From: Heteronotia binoei
Taxonomy: Eukaryota
Reading direction: 5' to 3'
DNA length: 64,000 nt
NCBI RefSeq assembly: GCF_032191835.1
Contig: NC_083240.1
Location: forward strand, 26,908,001-26,972,000
Part shown: one piece after another, positions 1-11,894 of the stretch
How the letters are laid out: every line of letters begins with the position of its first letter
Numbering within the stretch: position 1 is the stretch's first letter
Position numbers and translations under genes: made by a program
The notes under the pieces: generated by a model
Told to the model about the DNA's origin: nothing
Database searches by the model: none
Seen by the model: only the letters and a program-made list of their open reading frames with translations

Positions 1-10
1 CCTCTTGCAG

Positions 11-277
11 ACAACCCAGTGGCTGGAGATTCTACAGAGACTTTGCATTCATGACAAACTGGATATCCAATACCGGGGACTAGTGACTGTTTATAACTTA
101 ATCCAGGCTGACCAAGAGCTGGCTAAGAAATTGGTGGAGAGCGAGATGTTGGAGATTCTGACCGTGATCGGCAAGCAGAAAGATAACCCCAGCTGCCAGC
201 ATGTGCTCAAAGTGGCCCGTGACTGCCTTATTAAATTCATGGACTATGGTCTGATCAAGCCTGTGTCTCAGCCATAA
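11..277 (+). CDS. UNC45B: Terminal coding exon of UNC-45 myosin chaperone B (C-terminal UCS domain)
   Basis: Acceptor cctcttgcag at 1-10, then TTQWLEILQRLCIHDKLDIQYRGLVTVYNLIQADQELAKKLVESEMLEILTV...DYGLIKPVSQP-stop (TAA 275-277); matches the UNC45B rather than UNC45A C-terminus; lies next to a Schlafen cluster as in human 17q12. Confidence 0.93.
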   Translation, partial: TTQWLEILQRLCIHDKLDIQYRGLVTVYNLIQADQELAKKLVESEMLEILTVIGKQKDNPSCQHVLKVARDCLIKFMDYGLIKPVSQP

Positions 278-446
278 GGACACAGCAAGCAGAAATCGAA
301 AATGATGAAGACTAGGAAAGCAGAAAGGCTGAATACATGCCAAAATCACCATAAGAAAACATGTAAATTCCTATACTAATGGGTTAAATGCATGCCAGAA
401 TTTGGTTCCTGCACTGACAGTTTTTCTCTCAGGAAGTTAACTGCCC

Positions 447-452
447 AATAAA
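447..452 (+). terminator. Candidate polyadenylation signal of UNC45B
   Basis: AATAAA 170 nt after the stop codon. Confidence 0.5.
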
Positions 453-913
453 GCACTCTGGCTTCAGAGAACATTGGATGTGCTCAAAGCCTTATGTGTC
501 TGAAGCAGTGGCTCACGAAAGCTCATACCCTACCAGAGTTAGTCTTCAAGGTCCTATGAGATTAGGCCATATATAGAATTCCATATTCTGTATATAGTGC
601 CTCTTATATGGAATACAAAATTGCCCCTTTGGTATTTTAGGAGTTATGAGTAGTTTTTATAAGTATTATCCTTGCTATTTAATACATTAGCTTTGAGAGA
701 GGTGAGCACTCAGACTTTTTGTATATCAACTAAGTGATTTTATGGGATTGTCATTCTAGGATGGCAGTTTCTTAATAAAAGTAGTTCTTGGCGGAAGGAT
801 GCACTTGTCTGGCTTGCTTAAAAGTGGTGGCGGAAAGTGCCACCAAGTCACAGCTGAATTATGGTGACCCCCATGGCATTTTCAAAGCAAGATACTTAAG
901 GGGGTGTGTGTGT

Positions 914-1560
914 CATAAGAGAAGCCATGTTGAATCAGGCCAATGGCCCATCCAGTCCAACACTCTGTGTCACACAGTGGCCAAATAAACCTCAAGTGCC
1001 ATCAGGAGGTCCACCAGTGGAGCTAGAAGCCCTTCCACTGTGCACCCCCCCCCCAGCACAAGGATACAGAGCATCACTGCCCCAGACAGAGTTCCAACAA
1101 TACACAATGGCTAATAGCCACTAATGGACCTCAGCTCCATATGCTTATCCATTCCCCTCTTGAAGCTGTCTATGCTTGTAGCCGCCGCTACCTGCTGTGG
1201 CAGTGAATTCCACATGTTAATCACCCTTTGGGTGAAGAAGTACTTCCTCTTATCAGTTCTAACCCAACTGCTCAGCAATTTCATTGAATGCCCATGAGTT
1301 CTTGTATTGTGAGAAAGGAAGAAAAGTACTTCTTTCTCTACCTTCTGTATCCCATGCATAATCTTGTAAACCTCTATCATGTCATCCTTCAGTTGACGTT
1401 TCTCCAAGCTAAAGAGCCCCAAGCGTTTTAACCTTTCTTCATAGGGAAAGTGTTCTAATCCTTTAATCATTCTAGTTGCCCTTTTCTGCACTTTTTCCAA
1501 TGCTATAATATCTTTTTTGAGGTGCAGTGACCAGAATGGTACATAGTACTCCGAATGAGG
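914..1560 (-). mobile_element. CR1 LINE 3' fragment (RT C-terminus and 3' UTR)
   Basis: ORF 1111-1605 contains FWSLHLKKDIIALEKVQKRATRMIKGLE...RTDKRKYFFTQRVINMWNSLP; ends in the ...atggcttctcttatg tail. Confidence 0.9.
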
Positions 1561-3643
1561 CCTGCCTCTGCAGAGCAACCCTGGACTTCCTTGGTGGTCT
1601 CCCATGAAGGATCATTTGGGTTAGCAGAGTGTTCAAGGCACATAAAGCAGCAGAACCTATCTGGTTTGTGTGCACTGACAAGAAACAAAGTTACAGAGCC
1701 TCTTTTATCTTTGTAAAAGCTAATATTACAAGGAACTACATCCTAAAGATAGAAATAGGATTTTAATTTAGTCTTACTAGCTAGGGTGAATAGAGATGCA
1801 GAAAGCATGTCCTGCCGTCATGGTGCCAAGATGGAGAAGGCTAGCATAGCGTGGAGAGGCGTCAGGCTGGAAGGAAGGAAGATTCCCTGAGAGCTGCAAT
1901 CGACTCTTCAAAGGGATGGCATCAGAGCAGTAGAAAGGAAGGACGATCAGGGCCTTGGCCTCTCTCTCTCTGTCTGATTCTCTATGGTCCCACACTGAAG
2001 TCTGAAGCTAAGGGACAGTGCAAAGTCCTTCACTCCCAATATCCCATCCAAATATTAACCAAGGCCAACCCTCCTTAGCTTTCAAGATCTGGCAAGGCTA
2101 TCCTGGACCATCCATGGTCTGAATGGGCTATCCTGGGCCCTCAAAGTTAGGGATGTGTTTGCCTGGGGCAACTTTTTAAAAGATAACTGAGAAATATATT
2201 GATGGGTAATTACAACTTTCTCAGGACTCTGATCCAAGATGTAGTACAGACACGATGACACTCAGCCTTACCAGGGTCCAGAATCAAGCAGGGCTTCTTT
2301 CATTCCTAACTGTGGTTTCCAAGAAAGTAACACTAAGTAGGACTTATGCTAGCTGCTATTCAGCCTGAGTTCCCACCACACCTTGGCTATCTGGCAGCTG
2401 AAATTTCTGCTACGCTATCCTGGTCACCTCTATGTAGGTCAGCCCAAAGCAAGACACCCTGCCGAAGTTAGACAGGCTTTTCCTGGTGTGGTAGGAGGGA
2501 TGGTAGGAGGGAAACGGGTTTTCCTATTCTACTCCACAATCCTACCCCCATGATCTGAGAAAGGCATCCTTCTATAGGGTCAATGCATGACTGAACATGG
2601 CTGGCTGCAGAACAGCCAACGGGGAAATGGCCCTTCATGTCCTGTTCGGAGACTCCTCAAAAGCATCTGACAGATCTCACTGAGTTATGCACTGCTGGAC
2701 TTCACGAGCCTTCTGTCAGACAGAAATTAGCCATGAGAATGCAGGATGGAACCTCCATGGGCAGCAACAGTCTACCTCTGAATACTGTTTGCTGAAGGAA
2801 GCACACAGCAGGTCAACTTCACACTCACTTGGGAGCATCTCTGAAGTCGGCACTTTCAGAAATACACAAGTAAACATGCTGAAGACTGTTGAAGAGAACA
2901 CTGAAGCGAGCATATTTATTCTTTCATAAGAAGAAACCTTCAGAGGGCATGGTACAGTGGCTGGCAAGCTTCATCCTGACCAGCCTTGAGAAGTAGGCTG
3001 CCAACATCAGATTAGATCCAGACAGATTTTTTGCTGGATACTATTGAATTCTCACCCTTATTGCAGCCCAAGTATTATTGAGACCCTAATCCAGCGGCTC
3101 TACAACAGACTAACACAGCTACTCTCTGAAACTTTCCCATATGTAAATCCCATAATTAGCAGCATAGCCTTTGGGGGTAATCAAAGGGGCGTTTCTCCAA
3201 ATCAGACCACTGCCAAGGATCCTTTTTGCCATCTTCTGGGCATGGGGCATGGGTCACTGTGTGTGTGTGGGGGGAGGGATTTGTGAATTTCCTGCATTGT
3301 TCAGGGAGTTGGCCATGGAAGTCCCTTCCAATTCTATGATTCTATGGCAAAAATAAAGGTCCTGACTAGGGTTGCCAACAGCCTGGAGAAAAAGTGCCCT
3401 CTCCTTTTAACAGAAGCTTGATTGAAAGTCATTTCCCAGATGACATCATTTGCCTCCATTGTATGAAACATTTCACCTGTCCATTTCCACATGTTAAACT
3501 TGTTAAAGGGGGAAAGACATTTTTCTCCCAGCATGTGGACAACCCAGGTCCTGTACAGAGCAGAAAGGAACATCCGGATGGTTCTTTTAACTCCTTCAGT
3601 GCTTTTCAAGTCCAGATCTGCAACCCACCCCATTTCAGCTTTA

Positions 3644-6600
3644 CTAAACCTGCTCCTTTTCATACAGCAAATGAAGCTGTTTGTTCGCTCTGGAGGCCAC
3701 GCAGAGCAAAAGGTTGCGGGAAACTCCCCCCTGCGTGGGAACGGGGTTAATGCCAAACACGATGGTCCTCTCGAGGCCTGAAAAACGGCGAATGCTGTCA
3801 AGGACGATCTTGTCTTCCAGGATCTCGTTGGCCTGAACAAAACAAACATCAAGGCGGAGTTTTCTCATCTCCTCTATCAAGGGACGCTGGTAAGAAGAAG
3901 TTGTTTCTTTTGTGCTACACAGAATTGCAATATCTTTTTCTGCGTAGTCTGCATCCAGGTAGCTCCGACAATGTCTGGCCACATAGCGTGCGATCTCCCT
4001 CGCCTCCATCTCAAACTTCATATGGCATCTGCCCGCCATAGAATTGCTGCAGCACGCTCTGCCTAGCAGCATTCTCAGTTCTGGATGAGGAATGCTTAAT
4101 TGGCTTGCTTCAGCTATTTTTTCCATCTCTAATCTCACCACTTTGTAGATTGTAGAGGCATTCCGGACCCCCTTGGTAAGATAACCCTTTGGATACTGTC
4201 GCGATGGAGGTGGAAGGCCGTTGTCATAAGGATGACTCATTTGGAAATAGTCCAAAAAAATCCAGAAGATCCCAGGAGTATCAGGGTCACGATGGACAAT
4301 GTTACTGGCTTTCTTGTACCACTGGCCATGCTCCACTCGGAAATTCTGAGCTTCATCGATCACAATGTGCTTGACGTTCGGAAATTCTCCCTTCATGAAT
4401 GTAGCTCTCGTCACTGCACAAAATGCTTTCTTCCTAAAAAAAATGAAGATTTTAAATAAATAAATGTGATAAAGAATTGGTTGGGTTTGGATCAGTTATG
4501 AACAAAGCATGCATTTTGTCTCTGAATCTTGGTCCCTACTCAGTAATTACTAATGGGCGGGATTGTGGCTTAGTGTTAAGAGTGTCTGGTTTGCATATGG
4601 AAGATACCAGGTTCAGTCCCCAACATCTCCAGTTGAAAGTAGGTGACAGGAAAGACCTCTACCTTAGAGAACTGCTACCAGTTTAAGTAGACAATAGACC
4701 AGGGGTGGCCAAACTGCAGCTCGGCAGCCACATGTGGCTCTTTCATACATGGTGTGTGACTCTCAAAGCCCCCACCATTTGACTGGCCAGCTCAGAGAAG
4801 GCATTTGTCTCTTTAAATCACTTCGCCAAGCCAGCCAGCAGCATGGGGAATGCATTCAAAGTTAAAGTTGCTTTCTTTCCACTCCTCCCTCCCCATCTAT
4901 TTTTCTTCCTTCCTCCCTCCCCATCTATTTTTCTTCCTTCCTCCCTCAAACATCTGACATTCATGTCTTGCTGCTCTCAAACATCTGCTGTTTATTCTAT
5001 GCAGCTCTTATGTTAAGCAAGTTTGGCCACCCCTGCAATAGACTGTGATGAACTGTTGGTCTGAGGCGGTTTCATGTGTACGTGTTCAAGCTCATGCCTC
5101 TGAAAGACTAACCTGCAGCCTGGCATCCTAATACAAAGCCTATCCAATAAAAAAATCCAAACTTTCTGGAAGCAAAGTATTTTTCTGTCTACTGTGAGGG
5201 CCATAGGACTTTTGCTTATTTATTAGAAAATTCAACCTAGCTTCCTGATAAAAGCAGAGTTGGGTCCAGACTATTTTCCATCAGCAAAAAGGAACTTCCT
5301 TGCCTCCCTTCCTCCCATTGTAGCCCACATAATGGTAGTCCTAGATCAGATCCCCCACCACCACCACATGGGAATACATGGAGAACCATCAGTGGAAACT
5401 GCCAAAAACAAATCCTGAATATTGCTTTTTACCAAGGTATGGAATTCAGGATAGTCCAGAAATGGTTCTTGTAGAAGGTCAATATTTGCTTTTGTTTTTA
5501 AAGTTAAAACAACACTGTAGAACAGGGGTGGCCAAACTATGGCTCGGGAGCCACATGTGGTTCTTTCACACATATTGTGTGACTCTTGCTACCGCCCTAT
5601 CAGCCAGCTTGAAGAAGTCATTTCTCTTTTTAAATCACTTCTCCAAACCAAGTCAGCTGGCAGCTTGGAGAATGTAAAGTTGAATTCTGATACAGCATGC
5701 TGGGCACACCACCAAAATGGCTGCCACAGGAGGTATGTAATGATTGCCACAGCTTCCCATCAGGCACACAGTGCAGATCCTTGTGCTGGCAGCTGCAACC
5801 AAAGCAACACTTTTTAAAAACATCTGCACAGCCAATCAAATTTCCAATAGTCAATCAGAAGCCTTGCTGGGCAAAAGCCCTACCTGGCCCCTCCCACTTC
5901 CTAAAAATACTTGGCAGGCACCTGCAAGATGCCAGTGGGTGCCATAGCAGCCACAAGCACCACATTTGGGGGCCCTGCTAAAGGATTTAAATGATTTACA
6001 TTGCAGTACCATATGGTAGCAATGCAGCACAGCTAGCTCAAACAATAACCTATTCTAGGAGCTTCTGCCCTTTGCCACACTCACCCAACAAAATCCCGTA
6101 GTGGCTTGTTTTCACAAATGTAAAGTATTTCATGGGGTTGGCAGGCAAATTCATTCTTTATTCTCTCCATAATCTTCAAGGCCACCACTGTCTTCCCACT
6201 TCCAGGTATGCCGTATATAAACTGTTCTCTGGTCTCGTCAAGTTTCTTGGAGAGGTTTTCATATTGTTCAAAGGTCAAGAGATTAAGAAACTCCACCCCA
6301 ATGAAGTCACTTGAAAAGGAAGTGAAGCCAAACAAGACTGTTACGAGTGCCTTCTGTAACCTGGGTAGGTGTTCTTGCCGCAATCTGTAGGCTTCAGGGT
6401 ACTTTAGTCTCTGGTCTAGAGCATCCTGTTCATTAGCGGACTGCAAATACAAGACCTTTGGAATCACACAGATCTTTTGAGTGTATCCTCCGACATTCAC
6501 CAGCTTCTGCTTTAGCTGTCTGGCTGTGCCTCTGGAATGCTCATACATATCAAGGGTAGGTTTCTCAACTACCGTGTAAAGGACAGGATAGCGTCCAACA

Positions 6601-9600
6601 GCCATCATAAGCACATCACACACGATGGCCCAGTTCTTAGGCAACCCAATGTCCACAGCCCAGCTTCTCGAAAACATCAATGTTCCTTGAACCAGTGGCT
6701 TTATTTCCTTTTCTAGCAAAGCTTTCAGCCCTGGATACTCCAAGAACAGGTTGTTGCAGAGGGGCTGGGGAACAAATGTCATCCTGTTGGACTCTGCTAA
6801 ATGAGACGATACAGAATATAAAGAACAGATTTAACAGCTACAGATGAACAATTTTCCACCCTTACTAAATCCTGCATTCTGGGACACAGGCAGGCCTTAA
6901 ATTCAGCAGCAGGAGCTCACAAGAGCATAGCTCCTGAACCTTTCTGATGGCCCCCTGCTCCTCCCCACCTACCTACCTTGTCCATTGAATAGTAGGTGTA
7001 GCAGCATAACAATTCCTGGATTAGGAGAGTGGGCAGCCAACCAGCCACTAGGGGCTTTGCCACACCCCCAGCAGCCCTCATTAATCTCTGGAGAAGCTCA
7101 CACACCCCTTTCTCCACTTCTTATGCGATTCTGGGTGGAGGGTGGCTCGCTGACCTTTTGACTGTGAGCAGGGTGGCCAAGGAGAGCCCCAGGTGAGTGA
7201 GGCCTGCTTGGGCTGGCCAAGCAGGCCTTGCTTGCCCAGGGTTCTCCTTTCTTGTGTTGGGCTGCTTTTGTCTGGGGGGGGGCACATATGCTAATGAGTT
7301 ATGCTAATGAGCTCCACCACCTATTTTTCTACAAAACGACCCCTGGACACAGACACAGTTTGCTCTATCTACTTCCAGGACATAAGAATCCCCAATACTG
7401 GAGAAAATGTCAGTCTTAAATATGGAAGGCAGCTCATGCCAGAGGGAAGACAATAATGTTGAAAGCAGTTGCAAAAATGGAGCAAAGTTTACATTGCCTG
7501 TACATAGAAAAGCCAGTTCTCATCACTAGTATAATGGTGAAAAGGTCAAGAGTCAGTCGCAGAGCCCTCGCTTTGCATGCAGAAGATCCCTGGTTTAATT
7601 TCCAGCATCACTGATTAAAGGACCTGCTTGAGCGTTGGCCAAGACCTTTCTCTGCCTGAGACATCAGACAGCTGTGGTCAGTCAGAAGAGACTCCAACAC
7701 TTCACCTGTGACTCCTGACTAATGGAATTCAGAGTGGGACTACCCAAGTCTGAGTAGATCTACAGTTCTCAATGGCTTTCATTAAGAAACAAAGCCAAGT
7801 TAATTGGCTGCAATTAACAAAGCTTTTAGCAGCCTCCTGGTGCAGAGTGGTAAAGCTGCAGTATTGCAGTCCTAAGCTCTGCTCACAACCTGAGTTCCAT
7901 CCCGGCGGAAGCTGGGTTCAGGTAGCCGGCTCAAGGTTGACTCAGCCTTCCATCCTTCTGAGGTCGGTAAAATGAGTACCCAGCTTGCTGGGGGGAAAGT
8001 GTAAATGACTGGGGAAGGCAATGGCAAACCACCTTGAGAATGTTGTGATGCAGCATCACCCAAGAGTCGGAAACAACTCGTTCTTGCATAGGGGACTACC
8101 TTTACCTAACAAAGCTTTTAAAGTGTGGGGGAGTTAAACCCCAAACTGTATGGTAAAAATCTCCTTACAATGTCTCTGCTTGCTCCCACATTTAATTTAC
8201 TACCATGAGATGTTGCTGTGGCCACCAGTTTATATAATTTTAAAAGGAGCTTAGACACATCCATAAAGACTATCAGATTCTGCAGCCAAATGTTGCCTCT
8301 ATGTTTAGAGGCCATCTACCTCTGCATACTGCTTGCTGTGGGGCGTCAACAGGGGTGAGACATAGGGCTATTTGCATGAGCTGACAGTTCGGCACGCTCT
8401 GAATTCCTAACACTGATCAACACAACAAGACTCTGGCATAGCATGCGGTCCAAAGAATCCCAAGAGAGATTTTCCTTCCCTGCTCACATCCCATTATTCA
8501 GAATGCTAGGCATTTCATTGGCTTCAACAAAGAACAAACTATAAACCTGCTGGAAATAAGGACATGTATAATGAATACAGAGTCCTGTTTACAGAATGCT
8601 GCATAGAACTTTTGACCTCTGCTGAGCTGGTCACCAATACTGAGGAGGGAACGAGAACTTTCCCACAGGTTTAGACGCAATGAGAAATCCAATAAGTTAT
8701 GATAGAACCCACCCTGAGCCTGCTTGCTGGGAGGGTGGGATACAAATGGAATAAAATAAAGCTGTTAGATTCTTCTGCTCCCCCTCTTGGTAGCACAAAG
8801 CAAGATGATGCTTTGAGTGAAGTTCTCCCCACACTCTCCCCTAAAGTAAGTCCCAGCAAGCAGAGAGGTTTGAGGAACATATATTTATTGGATTTATATT
8901 CTGCCCTCCACTCTGAATCTCAGGGTGCGTTCACAAACACAAAATAAAGCACTTTGCAATTGGATTTTTACTGTGTAAGAATAGGAAAATCCAATTGCAA
9001 ACAGTCACCGTGTGAAAGGACCTTCAGAGTCTCAGAGCGGCTCACAATCTCCTTTATCTTCCTCCCCCACAACAGACACCCTGTGAGGTAGGTGGGGCTG
9101 AGAGGGCTCTCACAGCAGCTGCCCTTGCAAGGAACGACACCTTGGCTGACCTAAGGCCATTCCAGCAGCTGCAAATGGAGGTGTGGGGAATCAAACCTGG
9201 TTCTCCCAGATAAGAGTCCACACACTTAACCACTACACCAAACAGTCACCAACAGCCATTCAGGGCCTTCCCACTTTGATATGGCATTCTTATTTTTAGA
9301 AGTGTTTACAAAATCCACAGACCATACCTGGAAAAAACATTCTCTGCAGTGCATCCAAGCTGTCCAGACGTTGGACTGAATACACTGGCTTGATCATTGG
9401 AGGCCCGTCTGACAGACTCAGCTCTCTCGTGAACTGTTCAGCCAGCTTTGAAAGATCTTGACAACAAATTAAACATTTCCCAGGGGAAAAGAAAGAGAAG
9501 ATGAAATAATTTCTGTTCTGTGTCACTGTACCAGGTGAAGAAGATGATGATATTGGATTTACCACGCCCTATACTCTAAATCTCAGAGCAGTCTACAATC

Positions 9601-11544
9601 TCCTTTACCTTCCACCACCCCCCAACAGACACCCTGTGAGGTAGGTGGGACTGAGACAGCCCTCCCAGAAGTTGCCCTTTCAAGGACAGCTCTGCGAGAG
9701 CTATGGCTGACCCAAGGCCATTCCAGAAGCTGCAAGTGGAGGAATGGAGACTCAAACCCGGCCCTCCCAGATAAGACATACAAGCCTGGTCTCCCAGATA
9801 AGAGTCCATGCACTTAACCACTACACCAATCTGGAAGGCACAGCTGTATGATGGCCATACTGTTTTTATAGGACTATATCATAACACAAAACAGTTCAGA
9901 AGGCATTTTAATAAAGGGAACTGATGTTCCTGGGACCACTGCCCTACAGGGGTCATCATTTTTGTAACAGCTTCCGGGGCTCTGAGTACAGGGCCTACTG
10001 TAAACTCTTGGAGGACTGGCTGCATCATGGGTGTGTGGCCTAATACGCAAAGAAGCTCTTGCTACAAAAAAAAGCCCCGATAGTATGTTTCATCTGTTTG
10101 CTTTCACAGCATTGTTTTCTACTTATGTAATATGTCCTGTATTGTGTAACATCACTTTATGCTTTGTTTCAGATTTTTGAAATCCAGGTTCAATTACACT
10201 GCTCGTTAGATATCATGCTACTGATTGCATTGACTAACACTGTGTAATCAACCTGGAGTCTTGTGAGAATGGCACATCTAGAAGAAAGAAGAATCCCTTA
10301 GACTCCCTCTTCCTAGTAACTGGCTTCCCTCCAGTGCAGCAAATTCATTTCCTACCTGGGTCTTCCACTGTCATCATTTTAAGCCATTCAGCAATCTCAA
10401 TTCTCTTGAGACGGTCAGCCTCCACAATCCATGAATCCGGCTCTTCCGAAAAGACAATGCCATGGAATGATTCAATTCTCACAACAAAAACATAACCGTG
10501 TCCCTTTCCGCGCTCATCAAAAACAGCCTGGGCTTTAAATTTATACTCAATTTTTGGCTTAGAAGCATCTAAATGGAAGCAAGGCATAGCATCAATGGTT
10601 GTTGCAATTACTTCTTTCACTTGCATTGGATTCACATTTTCTTTACATCCAAGAACTTTCTGATGATTGTCCACACCAAAAATTAAGTATCCCCCTTGGG
10701 TATTTGCAAAAGCAGAAACGTATCGCGGGACTGTATTTCGAACAAAATCTAAGCAGCTCTGTCTTGGCGGGAAGCCCTTAAACTCAACAGTTGTCCATTC
10801 AATGAAACTCAGGATCTCACAATACTCCAGTTGGTCTCGTTCAAAAAACTGAACAGCTGCTTTCTGGATACCGGATGCCATTTCTACAGCAACTTCTGTT
10901 GAACCCTCCATGTTGCTCTGGAGACAGAGCCTCTTAAGACTCATCTCATTTTCAGAATAACGTTTGGCATAAGCTAGCTTCTCCTTCAGAAAAGTCAAGT
11001 CCTTCAGCTTCATAGCAGATTCCCCGTCGCGCTGGTGCAAGCCAGTTTTCACGTTACAAATCCGTGGCTTAGAGGAGTTTGCACTGCTCCACGCCTTTAC
11101 CCAAATCATCAAGTGTTGGCCCTCCTGGATAAAGTCAAAACACTCAGATAATTCTTCAGAATGAATACACTCCCGAAAGGTCCCTTGTATGTCTTGACCA
11201 ATTCCATCTTGAACAGAGGAGTAGCCTTGGTTTGCAATTGATGCCCGTATCAAGCCTCCACCGGAGTTGAGCAAAGCACAAGCTGCTCGGGTGAGTTTAA
11301 GCACTTCATTTGCCCTTTCCTTTTTCAGCTTCTGTGCATCTCCTGTCTTCTTCCCTTCCGCAGCTCCTTTCTTGACTTTCACAGGTATTTCGTTTTCAAT
11401 TTCTGCTAGAACCTTCCTTCGCGTTTCTTCTGGAAACTTCTCTTTTCTCTGGTGCTCACCAAACGTTACGTCCCCAACTGATATGATGACCTCAGCATAG
11501 TCGGTATTTAAATCAAGACACAGCTGTGACTCAGTGGTGGCCAT
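3644..11544 (-). CDS. SLFN: Schlafen family protein 'SLFN-A' (group III, SLFN11/13-like): AlbA_2 RNase domain, SWAVDL domain, SF1 helicase; ~938 aa; join(11544-10356, 9456-9328, 6793 or 6796-6085, 4433-3644)
   Basis: ATG 11544 downstream of acceptor cctag (exon starts 11551); AACALLNSGGG, EWTTVEFK, AFANTQGGY, SRSWAVDIGL, Walker A GIPGSGKT, Walker B HIVIDEAQNF, DSIRRFSGLER; GT-AG junctions with compatible phases 1,1,2; stop TAG 3646-3644. Exact mammalian orthology cannot be assigned. Confidence 0.93.
4700..5035. mobile_element. hAT-type MITE nested in a tRNA-derived SINE
   Basis: TIRs CAGGGGTGGCCAAACT / AGTTTGGCCACCCCTG; perfect 8-bp TSD CAATAGAC at 4692-4699 and 5036-5043; the SINE starting ~4560 resumes after it. 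Confidence 0.85.
7830..8107 (+). mobile_element. Sauria-SINE-like element (tRNA head, BovB-like tail); further copies 15857-16092 (-) and two in tandem 44521-45060 (-)
   Basis: A box TGGTGCAGAGTGG, B box GAGTTCCATCC, tail ggaaggcaatggcaaaccac...ggggactacctttacct; closely similar copies elsewhere in the window. Confidence 0.75.
8923..9021. mobile_element. Small palindromic MITE inserted in a Squam3-like SINE (8875-9242)
   Basis: Imperfect TIRs ggtgcgttcaca / tgtgaaaggacc; inner inverted repeat ttgcaattggatttt / aaaatccaattgcaa; SINE continues on both sides. Confidence 0.55.
9545..9833 (-). mobile_element. Squam3-like (MIR/Ther1-derived) SINE; other copies ~27085-27300(-), 33916-34181(-), 35064-35340(+), 51627-51885(+), 52105-52300(-), 53254-53480(+), 60040-60200(+), 62460-62740(-), 63030-63305(-)
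   Basis: Head ccagtttggtgtagtggttaagtg...gggtttgattcccc, core cctacctcacagggtgtctgttgtggg, tail gggcgggatataaatccaata; about 10 copies in the window. Confidence 0.75.
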
Positions 11545-11894
11545 TCTATTCCTAGGAAGGGCAGAAATGAGGAATTGAGCATATGAATATTTGCTGGCTT
11601 CAAAACATCAAAAATGACTGCTGTTTTATTAGATTGTCATGGTGTTCCTGATGTCTCTCGTAAAATCTTTGTGTATGAGATTTAATTTGGTTACATTTCG
11701 CTGGGCAGCAGTGTTGGACTGAAGCAGAACAAAGCTTGAGTCTAGTGACACCCTTAGGGCCAACAATTTAACAAAAGAATATAAGAGAAGCCATGTTGGA
11801 TCAGGCCAGTGGCCCATCCAGTCCAACACTCTGTGTCACACAGTGGCCAAAAAAAGTGCCATCAGGAGGTTCACAAGTGAACTTTTTTATTGCA

